Positions 11,256 through 21,653 of a stretch of 64,000 bases of DNA are shown here, in pieces. The translations under genes were made by a program, and so were the position numbers. The stretch comes from an uncultured Spirochaetota bacterium (GTDB taxonomy: Bacteria; Spirochaetota; Spirochaetia; SZUA-6; Fen-1364): assembly GCA_963733835.1 (NCBI GenBank), contig CAVTER010000015.1, positions 196,979 to 260,978 of the forward strand, in the 5' to 3' direction. Under the pieces are notes generated by a model. It was not told the DNA's origin, did not search any database, and worked only from the letters and a program-made list of their open reading frames with translations. How positions within the stretch are numbered: the first letter of the stretch is position 1; every line of letters starts with the position of its first letter.

Positions 11256-12076
11256 CGGCATGAGAAGGAGGGGGACTGGCCTCAAGGTCTTCGGCGTTCT
11301 GGTGTACCTCTTCCTCTATTTTCCCCTGGTGATCGTCCTGATCTTCTCGTTCAGCCCGACCAAGACTCTCGTGGGCATGCAGGGGGTCACGCTGAAATGG
11401 TACGAGGAGATGATCCGCGACAGGAACCTCCTCGCCGCGCTCCTGCACACCGTTGTCATCGGCCTGGCGGCTGTCAGCATCGCCGTCGTGCTGGGCGTGT
11501 CGGGGGCATTCTTCGTGACGCGGGTGCACTTCCCTGGAAAGGGCGTCTTTCGCACCCTCGTGCTGCTTCCGTACATCCTCCCCGGCATCATCATGGGCAC
11601 GAGCCTTCTCATCTTCATCGACAAGTTCGGCATCAGGCTGTCCTGGTTCACCGTGCTTCTCGGCCACGTGTCGTTCACGGTGCCCATCGTGATGTTCCAG
11701 ATCATGGCGAGGATCGCGCGGATGGGGCCCAACTACCAGTCCGCGGCCATGGATCTCGGGGCGAACCCCGCGCAGACCTTCCTGTACGTGACGCTCCCCA
11801 TGATCCGCACTGCGATCATCGGCGCCGCCCTGCTCGCGTTCACCGTGTCCTTCGACGAGATCGTGATCTCGTTCTTCCTGACAGGCAGCGCCTGGATGAC
11901 GCTGCCCGGTGTACATCTACGGCATGATGCGCTTCGGCCTCTCACCGAAGGTCTACGCGATCTCGACGATCATCCTCGGGCTGTCGCTCGTGCTCATCAC
12001 GCTCATGGCGCGCTACACGGGCAGGTCGGCGGATGTCTACCGGCCGTCGAGGAAGGAACTGCGCTCCGAGGGCTGA
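11248..12076 (+). pseudogene. ABC transporter permease, PotC-like (frameshift ~11905)
   Basis: SAAMDLGANPAQTFLYVTLPMI EAA loop. The tail VYIYGMMRFGLSPKVYAISTIILGLSLVLITLMARY lies in another frame and ends at TGA 12074-12076. Confidence 0.8.
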
Positions 12077-13299
12077 GCCCGGCTCGGGCCGACCGCCGCG
12101 GCGCCTGTGGCGCGTGCGCCGCGGCGGGAGCCGGCACGCCGCGCGAGCGGCCAGGGAGAGTACAGGACGGCGAACACCGCGATCCCCATCAGCAGGAGTC
12201 CCACGGCGTAACGGGGCGAAGGCCCGAACACGCGAGCCAGCACGTCCACGACCGACCCCGTAGGGGGAGGGTAGCCCAGGACGAAGTAGTTGCCGGGATC
12301 GTAGGGCGGGATGAGCCGAAGGGCCTGGTCCACCCCGTACACGGGCACGAGAAGGACCGTGGTCACCGCCAGTGCGCGCAGGAGCGAACGGATCGTGATG
12401 CGCAGGCCTCCCGCCGCGGCCATGAGCACCGTCAGCGCGATGATCAGCCCGTGCGACAGGAAAAAGGAGAAGTACCTGTAGGCAGGGAATCCGCTGGAGC
12501 CGATGTCAGGGGCGATCAGCGCCTGCAGCGCCCCGCCGATCCCCCAGAAGTACAGCACGTCGAAGAGGAACTGCCGCGCGCGCGGGCTGCCCGTGAAGAA
12601 CATCACGGGCAGGAAGAGGATGGACAGGCCGCACATCTGCAGCATCAGCGCTGTTGCCGGCGACCATCCGCCGACCGCGAACCAGTAGGCCTGGTAGGCC
12701 AGCTCGTTCACCCAGAGGGCAAGGCTCATCCACAGACCGGCCCTGTCCAGCAGCCGGGACCCGGCCCGCAGGTCACGCCTCCGCAGGCGGCGCACCGCGA
12801 GGCCGAGGCCAATCGAGCCGGCAAGGATCACCACGACGGGCACGAGGTGCTCGGCCGTCCACGACCGGAACTCTCGGGGGACCGTCCCTGCGCGGACCGT
12901 CACCGTCCGGCCCCCGCCGTGGACTGTCCTGCCGTCCGGTGCCGCCGCGGCCGCGCGCAGCTCCCAGCGGCCGTCCGCCGGCAGGGTGATCCGGGTTGTC
13001 CACGTCGAGAGGCCGAAAAGGGGCTTTCCCTGGTCGCGCACCAGGTCACGGGAGGCATCGAAGCTCAGGGGGGCGGCTCCCGCCGGCTCGAGGGCCCTCG
13101 CCGTCACGGTGATGCCGGCCATGCCCCCTTTCATCCACGCGTCGCCCGCTGCCACGAAGGACCTGTCCAGGGGCGCGGAGGCCTCGGGAGACCTGATCCG
13201 CGCCCCGTCCAAGGTCGCGAGCAGGGCAGTGTAGACGACCTGCCCGCCCAGGATCAGCGAAAAGCCACAGGCGACGATCGCGGCACGCGAGGGCTTCAT
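12037..13299 (-). CDS. Membrane protein: N-terminal extracytoplasmic domain plus C-terminal YwaF/TIGR02206-like multi-TM domain
   Basis: RBS GGGAGG then ATG 13297-13299. Part of ORF 12037-13650(-). The family call rests on the TM pattern and the YFWGIGGALQALIAPD..FPAYRYFSFFLSHG motif, from memory. Confidence 0.5.
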   Translation of the reverse strand: MKPSRAAIVACGFSLILGGQVVYTALLATLDGARIRSPEASAPLDRSFVAAGDAWMKGGMAGITVTARALEPAGAAPLSFDASRDLVRDQGKPLFGLSTWTTRITLPADGRWELRAAAAAPDGRTVHGGGRTVTVRAGTVPREFRSWTAEHLVPVVVILAGSIGLGLAVRRLRRRDLRAGSRLLDRAGLWMSLALWVNELAYQAYWFAVGGWSPATALMLQMCGLSILFLPVMFFTGSPRARQFLFDVLYFWGIGGALQALIAPDIGSSGFPAYRYFSFFLSHGLIIALTVLMAAAGGLRITIRSLLRALAVTTVLLVPVYGVDQALRLIPPYDPGNYFVLGYPPPTGSVVDVLARVFGPSPRYAVGLLLMGIAVFAVLYSPWPLARRAGSRRGARATGAAAVGPSRAQPSERSSFLDGR

Positions 13300-13319
13300 C
13301 CCGCCTCCCGGTCGACCCG

Positions 13320-15213
13320 TCAGGCCCGGTCGAACTCGCGCAGGCTCTCGTCGATGCCCTTGCGCACCTCGAACCACCAGTCCAGACCCGCCTCCTTCCC
13401 GTCCTTCTCGAACCTGTCGATCCAGGCCTGGAGCTCGGGGTCGGCGTTCTTCTCCACGTCGCGCTGGCGGCGCAGGAAGGTCGCCACGAAGTCGATGTCG
13501 CGTTCGGACTCCCAGTACACGGAGGCGTTCCTCGAATTGATCCTGCTCGCGGTGACCGACGCCGCGGCCGTGAACTGCTCCTTCACCCCGTGGAGGTTTC
13601 CCATGATCTCGGGGAGCAGCTCCTCGGCCCAGGCCCTGTGGAACCTGCACACTCCCGCGTTGTCAATCACCAGCTCCCTGCGAAACCTCTCGGCGCACGC
13701 GCGGCCCAGGGCACGGGGCGGGAGGAACTCCGGCCCGTAGTGCATGTAGTACTTCCCCATGATGGCCATGGGCACGAGCACCCCCGGTGTCCAGTACTGG
13801 TTGGGGACCATCCAGCCCTGCCTCCCGAAGGCATTGTAGACGAACAGGTCGAGCAGCCGGACACCGCGCTCGCGGTAGACACGCCTGCCCCACTTGCGGG
13901 CGCCCGTCCGACAGGTCGACCAGGCCGCGCTTCTCCACGATGGAGTCCAGGAGCTCGACACCGAGGGCACCGTTGTGCGCGGAGTCGGCGACGGGATCGA
14001 AGTCCTCGAGGCCGGCCATCGGCCGGCCAGCGGGGAAGCCGCGTGACGCCGAGATCCTCCCTCGAGAGCAGCCCCTGCGCGAGAGCATCCATCATCCAGG
14101 CGAGCACGCCGCCCGCCGAGATGGCGTCGAAACCGAGGGTGTCCGCGCGGTGGTTCAGCACCTCGGCGGCGCGCTGGTCGAACACGCCGCAGAGGGGACC
14201 CAGCGCCTGGTAGGGCTCGAAGTCCTTCTTGAACTCGCCGTTCATCTTCTTGCACACGGCCACGCAGGGCTCGCCGCACGTGTGCTGCTGCTTCGCCGCG
14301 ATGGTCTCCACGTTGAACTGCTTCAGGTAGTGGCCCACGACCAGCCGCTCGTGCAGGGCCAGGCCGCTGCTCCTCAGTGTCGAAGATGGTGCGGTAGTTG
14401 AAGGCGAGCGATCCTGCCCTTGACCCTGGCGAAGTTCACTCCGAAGGTGCCGCCGGTGCCGAACTTCGGGTCGAACCTGTACTTCGTGGTCGCCTCCATG
14501 TCCTTGGCCAGGAGCTTCTGCCTGTACTTGGCCTCGAACCACGCGTCGGCCACCTTCCTGTCCCGGAAGTCCTCGTCGACGAAGGTGCCCCCGTAGATCA
14601 CGGCCGCGATGCCGTGCTCCTGCAGCATCTTGCTGCCCATGCCGCCGCGCCCCGCCCACGTGTCGACCTGCGAGAGCGCCCCCTGGTGGATGGGCACGGA
14701 GACGATGGCGCCCATGTCGGTGCTGCGCGCGGCAGGACCCGTGGCGAGGATCCGCGGGTCCTCCTCGTAGCGCGAGGCGAAGCGCCCGTGCACGTGATCC
14801 ATCAGCGCGTACACGCCCCCGCGGCCCGAGGCCCAGACAGGGGTCAGGTCCACGGGCTCCAGCTCCACCTCGACCTCCTCCCCGTGCGTCCTGTTGAGGT
14901 ACAGGATGGAGGGGACGGGCGCCCTGCCGATGATGCAGAGGCTGTTCAGGCCGAGGTTGTCGAAGACCAGCCCCGCGCCGCCCATCGAGGACACGAAGAA
15001 ACCCCGCCAGCAGGGAGAGAAACCCGTGAAGAACAGGCGGTTCGAGCCCGGGAGGATGGAGCCGGCGAAGAGACCGACCCCGATATTGATCGAGTAGTGC
15101 TTCGCCGCCAGGTGCAGGCCCAGGTCGACGGGGCCGAAGAAGTCGCCGACCTTGTAGCGCCGGACACGGTAAAACCCGCTGGCCGCGTCGAGGAAGAGGA
15201 CCTTCTGATCCAT
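13320..15213 (-). pseudogene. Aldehyde:ferredoxin oxidoreductase (AOR) family tungsto/molybdopterin enzyme (>=4 frameshifts between ~13700 and ~14400)
   Basis: N-terminus MDQKVLFLDAASGFYRVRRYKVGDFFGPVDLGLHL. Fragments lie in ORFs 14374-15243, 13667-15232, 13663-14088 and 13320-14279 (all minus). Cys cluster CGEPCVAVC. Confidence 0.75.
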
Positions 15214-15220
15214 GACGCGG

Positions 15221-15248
15221 ATTGTACGGCACCCACCGGGCAATGCAA
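15221..15248 (-). promoter_or_regulatory. Sigma70-type promoter TTGCAT-N16-TACAAT ending 7 nt before the AOR ATG (leaderless architecture)
   Basis: On the minus strand, TTGCAT = 15248-15243 and TACAAT = 15226-15221, followed by CCGCGTC and then ATG 15213-15211. There is no SD. Confidence 0.5.
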
Positions 15249-15267
15249 CGCGCCGGGCCCGGCGGGA

Positions 15268-16500
15268 TTACCCTCCTGCGCGCAAACGCCGCCGGGTCTC
15301 GGGGTCTGGCAGCAGGGCGGCCAACAGCCCGAGCAGCGGCAGGTACGAGCTGAGCTTGAAGACGGCCTGGAGGTTTGAAAGGTCAGCAAGCTTGCCGAGC
15401 ACGACCGAGCCGATTCCGCCCATGCCGAAGGCGAACCCGAAGAACAGGCCCGAGACCAACCCGAGGCTGCCCGGGAGCAGCTCCTGCGCGTAGACGAGAA
15501 TCGAGGAGAAGGCCGAGGCGAGGATGATCCCGATGGGGACGATGAGCACCGTGGTGAGGGGCAGCCCCGCGTAGGGGAGGGCGATGGTGAACGGCGCCAC
15601 GCCCAGGATCGAGCCCCAGATCACGTACTTGCGGCCGATCCTGTCGCCCAGCGGGCCTCCGAGCAGCGTACCGGCCGCGACGGAGAACTGGAAGAGGAAG
15701 AGGTGCAGCTGCGCCCTCTGGACGGTCAGGCCGAAGCGCTCAATGAGATAGAAGGTGAGGAAGCTGGTCATGCCGGCCATGTAGAAGTACTTCGAGAAGA
15801 TGAGAACGAGCAGGACGGCGACGGCTGCAACGACGCGGCGGCGGGGGAGCCCCGCGCCCTCGCCGCGGGCGGCGAGAGTGCGTGCCCTGCTGCCCGCGAC
15901 CCGGTCGCGGTACCAGCGTCCCACCCACACGAGGATCGCGAAGCCGGCGACGGGCAGCGGGGTGAACCAGGGGATGCGCGCCGTGCCGCGCACCCCGAGG
16001 ATGAGGGCGGCCAGGAGCGGACCGAGTGCGGAGCCGAAGTTCCCGCCGACCTGGAAGATGGACTGCGCGAGCCCCCGTCGGCCGCCCGCCGCCATGTTCG
16101 CGATCCGCGACGACTCGGGGTGGAAAACCGCGGAACCCAGCCCCACAAGACCCACGGAGACGAGCAGGACCCGGTAGCTGCCCGCGACGGACAGGAGCAC
16201 CAGCCCGACCAGGGTGAAGCACATCCCCGCGGCGAGAGAGAAGGGCTGGGGCCTGCGGTCGGTGAACGCGCCGACCGCAGGTTGCAGCAGCGATGCGGTG
16301 AGCTGGAAGGTGAAAGTAATGAAGCCGACCTGCGTGAGGTTGAGTCCGAAGCCTTCCTTGACCAGCGGGTACAGGGCGGGAATGATCGACTGCAGCGTGT
16401 CGTTCAGGAGGTGGGAAAGGCTGATCGCGACCAGGATGGGGAAGACCGTGGTGCCGGTTGCCCGTGCCGCTGCGGAAGCCGAACGCGGTTCTGCTCTCAT
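15268..16500 (-). CDS. MFS transporter, Fsr (fosmidomycin-resistance)-like
   Basis: Intact 410-aa, 12-TM ORF. N-terminal LSHLLNDTLQSIIPALYPL is typical of the FSR family. Confidence 0.75.
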   Translation of the reverse strand: MRAEPRSASAAARATGTTVFPILVAISLSHLLNDTLQSIIPALYPLVKEGFGLNLTQVGFITFTFQLTASLLQPAVGAFTDRRPQPFSLAAGMCFTLVGLVLLSVAGSYRVLLVSVGLVGLGSAVFHPESSRIANMAAGGRRGLAQSIFQVGGNFGSALGPLLAALILGVRGTARIPWFTPLPVAGFAILVWVGRWYRDRVAGSRARTLAARGEGAGLPRRRVVAAVAVLLVLIFSKYFYMAGMTSFLTFYLIERFGLTVQRAQLHLFLFQFSVAAGTLLGGPLGDRIGRKYVIWGSILGVAPFTIALPYAGLPLTTVLIVPIGIILASAFSSILVYAQELLPGSLGLVSGLFFGFAFGMGGIGSVVLGKLADLSNLQAVFKLSSYLPLLGLLAALLPDPETRRRLRAGG

Positions 16501-16536
16501 GGTGTACCTGCCTCTTGCGCTGCGGTATCGGGGGAC

Positions 16537-16610
16537 TGGGCAATGCGGGGTTCGAACGCACGACCTATGGCTCCGGAGGCCATCGCTCTATCCAGCTGAG
16601 CTAATTGCCC
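16537..16610 (-). tRNA. tRNA-Arg (anticodon CCG)
   Basis: Reverse complement is GGGCAATTAGCTCAGCTGGATAGAGCGATGGC-CTCCGGA-GCCAT..TTCGAAC..ATTGCCCA. It folds as a cloverleaf by hand, with one T-stem mismatch. Confidence 0.85.
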
Positions 16611-16679
16611 AAACGCACGGGATGTGCGACTCTCGCGTCCGTACGCGGACTGCTATACCATACTCGCAAGGACCAGAGT

Positions 16680-18275
16680 TTGTCAACCAAAACGAGCCGT
16701 GCCGGGCCACGGGCAGGCCGCTTCGAGCGGGTCTTCTGGGTCGTGCTCGACGGCATGGGCTGTACGCACGCGCGGCTGGTGTCGGGCCGATTCCCCTCCC
16801 TGTCCCGCATCGAGCGTGAGGGATTCCTCGGGCCATCGCGGCCGTCCTCGCCCGTGTGCCAGACCCCGCCGGCCCTGCTTGCACTTTTCACCGGGGCGCA
16901 GCCGGCCGAGTCCGGTGTCTGGGGCTACCGGATGCCCGACCCGGCTCACGTCGAGCGGTCGGTGAGCGGCTTTCACGCGCCGGTCGGCGCGTGCAGGACG
17001 ATCTGGGCGGACCTCGATGCGGCGGGCGTGAGCTGTTCGCTCATGAACGTCGCCTTCCGACATGATCCGGTGTGGGCGGTCGGCGGGGGCCGCCCCGGTT
17101 TCGCCTGCGATGCCTACAGGCTGTGGGCGAAGCCGTCTTTTCTCCGCCTGGAGGGCCGCAGGCAGGAGCACGTCTTCCGTGGAATCACGTTCCACACGGC
17201 GCCTCGGGGCCGCGGGCTTGCCATCACGAGGGGGAGCGCGCTGCGCGGCCTGCTCGAGCCGGGCCAGGCAGCGATGGTCGCCCTGACGCGCGGCTGCGGA
17301 GCCTTCGCCCAGCTCCTGGACCCCACGCTCCTCGTTCTCTGTCCCCCCATCCCCGTCATGCTGCGCGGGAACCCGCCTCCCGCCCTGCCCGGGAGCGAGG
17401 GCTGGGCCGACTGCATCGATGCGGATGCGTTTCGAGCCTGCCGCCGCCTTGCCAGGGACAGGGGGGCCGCGCGCATGGTCCCCGTCGGGACGGAGATGCT
17501 CCTCGCCACGATGAGCATGCGGCAGAAGGCCGACATGATGCTGGCTGCCTGCGAGCACGGCCGGTCGCGGCTGGTGGTCGGGTACTTTCCCCTGATCGAC
17601 GAGTTCAACCATGCATATGTGGACCTGCTCGAGGCCCAGTGGCCCGGCGGCAGGGCAGCGGAGGTGTTCCGTGCGTGCATGGGCCTCGTCGACCAGCTGC
17701 TCGGGCGCCTCATGGCTGCTGCCGGCCCCGACACGCTCATCGTCGTCTCCTCCGACCACGGCGCCATGCCCCACCGCAGCGTGCTGCACCTGAACGAGCG
17801 CTTCGTCGAGGCGGGGCTCGCCCGGCGGGCGGGGGCAGGCTATGACCTGGTCGGGTCGCCCGCATACTACCACCCCTCCGGCTGCGGCCAGGTACTCCTG
17901 AACAGCGCGGCAGCCGCGCGGGCGGGAAGGAGCCGGGAGGAAGTTCTGCGCCGGGTCAGCGCAATCGCGGCCGCAGAAGGCATCGGCCTGGCGCGGGGGG
18001 CTGCAGACGACCCATACCTCGCCTTCCTGTACCCGCTCACGGATCGCTATTTTACCGGCTCACCGCCCAGGCACGGCAGGCCGGTGCTCGATCCGGGGTC
18101 TGCCGGGGGGCATCACCTGTCGCCCCTCTCTCCTACACCCTGGATCGACGCGGTGCTTGGGCTTTGGCGTCCCGGAGGGACCGGGGCGGATTTCGCCGGG
18201 CCTCCCGGCTCCAATCATCAAATGAAGGATTACATTCTCGGCATGCTCGGCGTCGACAAGGGGGATGGTAGATGA
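16680..18275 (+). CDS. Alkaline-phosphatase superfamily protein (type I phosphodiesterase / nucleotide pyrophosphatase-like); start uncertain (TTG 16680)
   Basis: ORF 16605-18275 contains VFWVVLDGMG, IDEFNHAYVD and VVSSDHGAMP motifs. Confidence 0.65.
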   Translation: MSTKTSRAGPRAGRFERVFWVVLDGMGCTHARLVSGRFPSLSRIEREGFLGPSRPSSPVCQTPPALLALFTGAQPAESGVWGYRMPDPAHVERSVSGFHAPVGACRTIWADLDAAGVSCSLMNVAFRHDPVWAVGGGRPGFACDAYRLWAKPSFLRLEGRRQEHVFRGITFHTAPRGRGLAITRGSALRGLLEPGQAAMVALTRGCGAFAQLLDPTLLVLCPPIPVMLRGNPPPALPGSEGWADCIDADAFRACRRLARDRGAARMVPVGTEMLLATMSMRQKADMMLAACEHGRSRLVVGYFPLIDEFNHAYVDLLEAQWPGGRAAEVFRACMGLVDQLLGRLMAAAGPDTLIVVSSDHGAMPHRSVLHLNERFVEAGLARRAGAGYDLVGSPAYYHPSGCGQVLLNSAAAARAGRSREEVLRRVSAIAAAEGIGLARGAADDPYLAFLYPLTDRYFTGSPPRHGRPVLDPGSAGGHHLSPLSPTPWIDAVLGLWRPGGTGADFAGPPGSNHQMKDYILGMLGVDKGDGR

Positions 18276-18508
18276 AGCTGAACGGCAAAACGCTGGGTTC
18301 CTTCGTCGTGCTCGGTGCGCTGGGTTCCCTCGTCGGCGCGCTGGCGTGGGAGTTGCTGGAGAGGGTGCTCGCGGTCGGGGGTGCCCGCCTGGACCTGGCA
18401 GTGGGCCCTGTGGGGTTCGACCTCCACGTGGTGTCCGTCCGCTTCCTCGTGAACCCGGGGACGTTCCTCGGGCTGATCGGGGGCCTCATCCTTTTCAGAT
18501 TCCTCTAG
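18272..18508 (+). CDS. Small two-TM membrane protein (DUF4321-like)
   Basis: ATGA overlap with the upstream stop. 78 aa, hydrophobic termini. Family call is from memory only. Confidence 0.45.
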   Translation: MKLNGKTLGSFVVLGALGSLVGALAWELLERVLAVGGARLDLAVGPVGFDLHVVSVRFLVNPGTFLGLIGGLILFRFL

Positions 18509-18524
18509 GAGGACAAGGGGCCGC

Positions 18525-19107
18525 ATGGAAACAATCATCCTTGCATCCGGCTCGCCGCGCAGGCGCGAGCTGCTCGCCCGGGTCAAGCTCCCGCACAAGG
18601 TCATCTCCCCTGACATCCCCGAGGACTACCCCCCGGGCGCCCCGATACCCGACATCGTCGCGGGACTGGCCCGGCGCAAGGTCGAGGCCGTGCTCGCTCT
18701 GTTCAGGACGGAGTCTCCCCGGTGGGTGCTCGGCGTGGACACGGTGGTCGAGGTCGACGGCGCTGCGCTGGGCAAGCCGTCCGGGCCCGAGGAGGCGGAG
18801 CGATGCTTGCGCATGCTCTCCGGGAAGGTGCACAGGGTGTACTCGGGGCTCTCGCTGCTCGTCGAGCGGGGAAAGCCGCATGACGAGCAGGCCGTCTGCA
18901 CGGAGGTGAGGTTCCGGGCCATGGACGACGGAGGAGATCCGCTTCTACGTGGAGACGGGGGAGTGGGCCGGCGCGGCGGGCGCGTACCGGATCCAGGAGC
19001 GAGGGGCGTTCCTCGTGGAGTGGATCCGGGGCTCCTACAGCAACGTCGTAGGCTTGCCTCTGGAGGCGTTTTATGGCATCTTGAGGAGGCACGGATACCA
19101 GTTTTGA
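18525..19107 (+). pseudogene. maf: Maf nucleoside-triphosphate pyrophosphatase (frameshift ~18925)
   Basis: ILASGSPRRRELL. The C-terminal part EEIRFYVETGEWAGAAGAYRIQERGAFLVEWIRGSYSNVVGLP lies in a second frame. Confidence 0.85.
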
Positions 19108-19176
19108 CCCTTTCTATCCCACCCGGCCGTCCGGCCGGGTGTATAAGCCAATGGAGAGAGGCGAAGGAGGAACACT

Positions 19177-20149
19177 TTGGCTGTCGTTACCATGAAGAAC
19201 CTGCTCGAGTCGGGCGTCCACTTCGGGCACCAGACCAAGCGGTGGGACCCGCGGATGAAGAAGTACATCTTCGCCGAGCGCAACGGCATCCACATCATCG
19301 ATCTGCAGAAGACCATCGTGGCCATCAAGGATGCCTACGAGGCGGTGCGGAAGACCGTGCTCGCGGGCAAGAGCGTGCTCTTCGTCGGCACCAAGAAGCA
19401 GGCCCAGCAGACCGTCGAGCGCGAGGCGAAGCGCTGCGGCATGTTCTACGTGAACAACCGCTGGCTCGGCGGCATGCTCACCAACTTCACCACGATCAAG
19501 AAGTCGCTCCTGCGGCTGAAGAAGCTGGAGAAGATGGAGGTCGACGGCACCTTCGAGAACCTCACGAAGAAGGAAATCGCCCGCCTTCATGAAGGAGCGC
19601 ACGCCAGCTCGAGAAGAACCTCGGCGGCATCAAGGAGATGAAGGAGCTGCCCGGGATCGTCTTCATCATCGACACCCGCAAGGAGGACATCGCCGTCGCC
19701 GAGGCGCGCCGGGTCGGCGTGCCCATCGTCGCCGTCGTCGACACCAACTGCAATCCCGAGGGCATCACCTACCCCATCCCCGGCAACGACGACGCCATCC
19801 GGGCCATCAACCTGTTCGCCCAGATCATCGCCAACGCGGTGATCGAGGCCGAGAACGAGGTGGGCCTGGAGGTCGTCGAGACCCTGTCAGGAGGAGAAGG
19901 GCGAGGAGGAGTTCGCCGAGGCCATCGACAAGGGCGAGTTCGCGCGCAGTCGCCAAGTACGACCAGCGAGGAGGTGGAGACGGTCCCCGTGGCCGCCGTC
20001 CTCGGCGCCGCCGCCGAGGAGCCGGCGACCGGCTTCACCGACAAGGACTACTCCAACTACAACCCCGACGAGGCCGCGCAAGAAGGACGAGACCGCGCCT
20101 GCCGCCCGCGGAGCCCGAGATCGACGAAGACAAGCTGTACAAGGAGTAA
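19177..20149 (+). pseudogene. rpsB: 30S ribosomal protein S2 with long acidic C-terminal extension (>=4 frameshifts as assembled)
   Basis: RBS GAAGGAGG, TTG start. [25 protein letters not shown]. It continues in ORF 19638-20183 and ends ..[12 protein letters not shown] in the ORF 19589-20149 frame. Confidence 0.85.
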
Positions 20150-20162
20150 GAGGGACGACCGC

Positions 20163-21091
20163 ATGGAGTATCAAGGCGACTGATGTAAAGGCGCTGCGGG
20201 AGAAGACCGGCGCGGGCATGCTGGACTGCAAGAACGCCCTGGTGAAGTCGGACGGCGACTTCGACAAGGCCGAGCGCCTGCTCAAGGAGCAGGGCCTGGC
20301 CGCGGCGGCGAAGAAGAGCGGCCGCGCCACCAACGCGGGCAAGATCTTCTCGAAGGTGCTGCCCGGCAGGGGCGATTCTGCTCGAGCTGACCTGCGAGAC
20401 GGACTTCGTGGCCCGCAACGAGCATGTTCCATCGACGCTGGGCGCCAAGCTCGTGCGACATGGTCGCCGCCAGGGGCTCACGCGAAGACCGACGCGATGG
20501 AGCGTGATGGTGAAGGAGACCATCGGCACCATCAAGGAGAACATGGAGCTGCGCCGCGTTCACCGTCATGCCCGCTGCCGGCCGGCGAGATGCTCGTGGA
20601 CTACGTCCACGAGGACCGCATCGGCGTGTCGTGAAGGCGCCGCTTCCGCGTCGCGGAGCTCCGCGGCGAAGGACGACCCGCGGTGAAGCAGACCCTGTTC
20701 GACTGCGCGCTGCACCTCGCGGCCTTCGCGCCCCTGTTCCTCTCCCGCGAGAAGGTGCCCCGCCGTGTGCTGAAGGAGCAGGAGGCGATCTTCCAGAAGC
20801 AGGTGGAGGCCATGGACAAGCCCGCGAACGTGCTCCAGGGCATCGTCAAGGGCAAGGTCAACAAGCTGCTCTCGGAGGTCTGCTTCCTCGAGCAGCCCTT
20901 CGTGAAGGACGAGAAGCGCAAGGTCGCGAAGGTCCTCGAGGACCTCGGGCAAGGAGGTCGGGGGAACGCGGTCGAGGCGGTCGACTTCGTCTACTATCAA
21001 GGTCGGCGAAGCCGCCTGGAGCCGGCGCCGGAGCGCTGCGCGGGCGCCGCATCGGGGACGCCCGGCGCGCGAAGGAGGATGCCCGGCATGA
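20163..21091 (+). pseudogene. tsf: Elongation factor Ts (many frameshifts, the first directly after the ATG; 3' end approximate)
   Basis: ATG-G-AGT ATC AAG gives [26 protein letters not shown] once the extra base is removed. Later pieces are [32 protein letters not shown] and [27 protein letters not shown]. Confidence 0.8.
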
Positions 21092-21653
21092 CCAGGGACA
21101 AGATCAAGAGCCAGGCCGAGGAGAGGATGAAGAAGGCCATCCAGTCCCTGCAGGACGAGTTCAAGACCCTGCGCGGCAGCCGGGCCTCGCAGGCGCTGTT
21201 CGAGAAGATCCGGGTCGACTACTACGGCCAGAAGGTGCCGCTCAACCAGGTCGCCACGATCTCCATCCCCGAGGCCCGCCTGGTCATCATCCAGCCCTGG
21301 GACCGCAGTCGGTGCTCGACGGAGATCGAGAAGGCCATCCAGAAGTCCGAGCTGTCCGTCAACCCGAACAACGACGGCAAGGTGATCCGCATCAACATCC
21401 CGCCGCTCACCGAGGAGCGGCGCAAGGAGCTGGTGAAGCTGACGAAGAACATGGCCGAGACAGTCCCGCGTGGCCATCCGCAACGCACCGCCGCGACGCC
21501 AACGAGGAGATCAAGAAGGCCAAGAAGGACTCGGAGCTGAGCGAGGACGAGGCCAAGAAGGCGACCGACGAGATCCAGAAGCTCACCGACAGCAACATCG
21601 AGGAGATCAACAAGGTCCTCGAGGCCAAGGAAAAGGAAATCCTGGAGGTGTGA
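21088..21653 (+). pseudogene. frr: Ribosome recycling factor (>=2 frameshifts)
   Basis: [74 protein letters not shown]. Confidence 0.85.

Noticed and set aside
19122-19139. GC-rich hairpins as Rho-independent terminators: CCCGGCCG-TC-CGGCCGGG after maf, the palindrome CGCCGGGCCCGGCG at 15250-15263, and GGTCCCC-TC-GGGGACC between tRNA-Asp and tRNA-Pro.
   Set aside because: None is followed by a U-tract, so they are not canonical intrinsic terminators. They may be processing or stability elements, which I cannot support from sequence alone.
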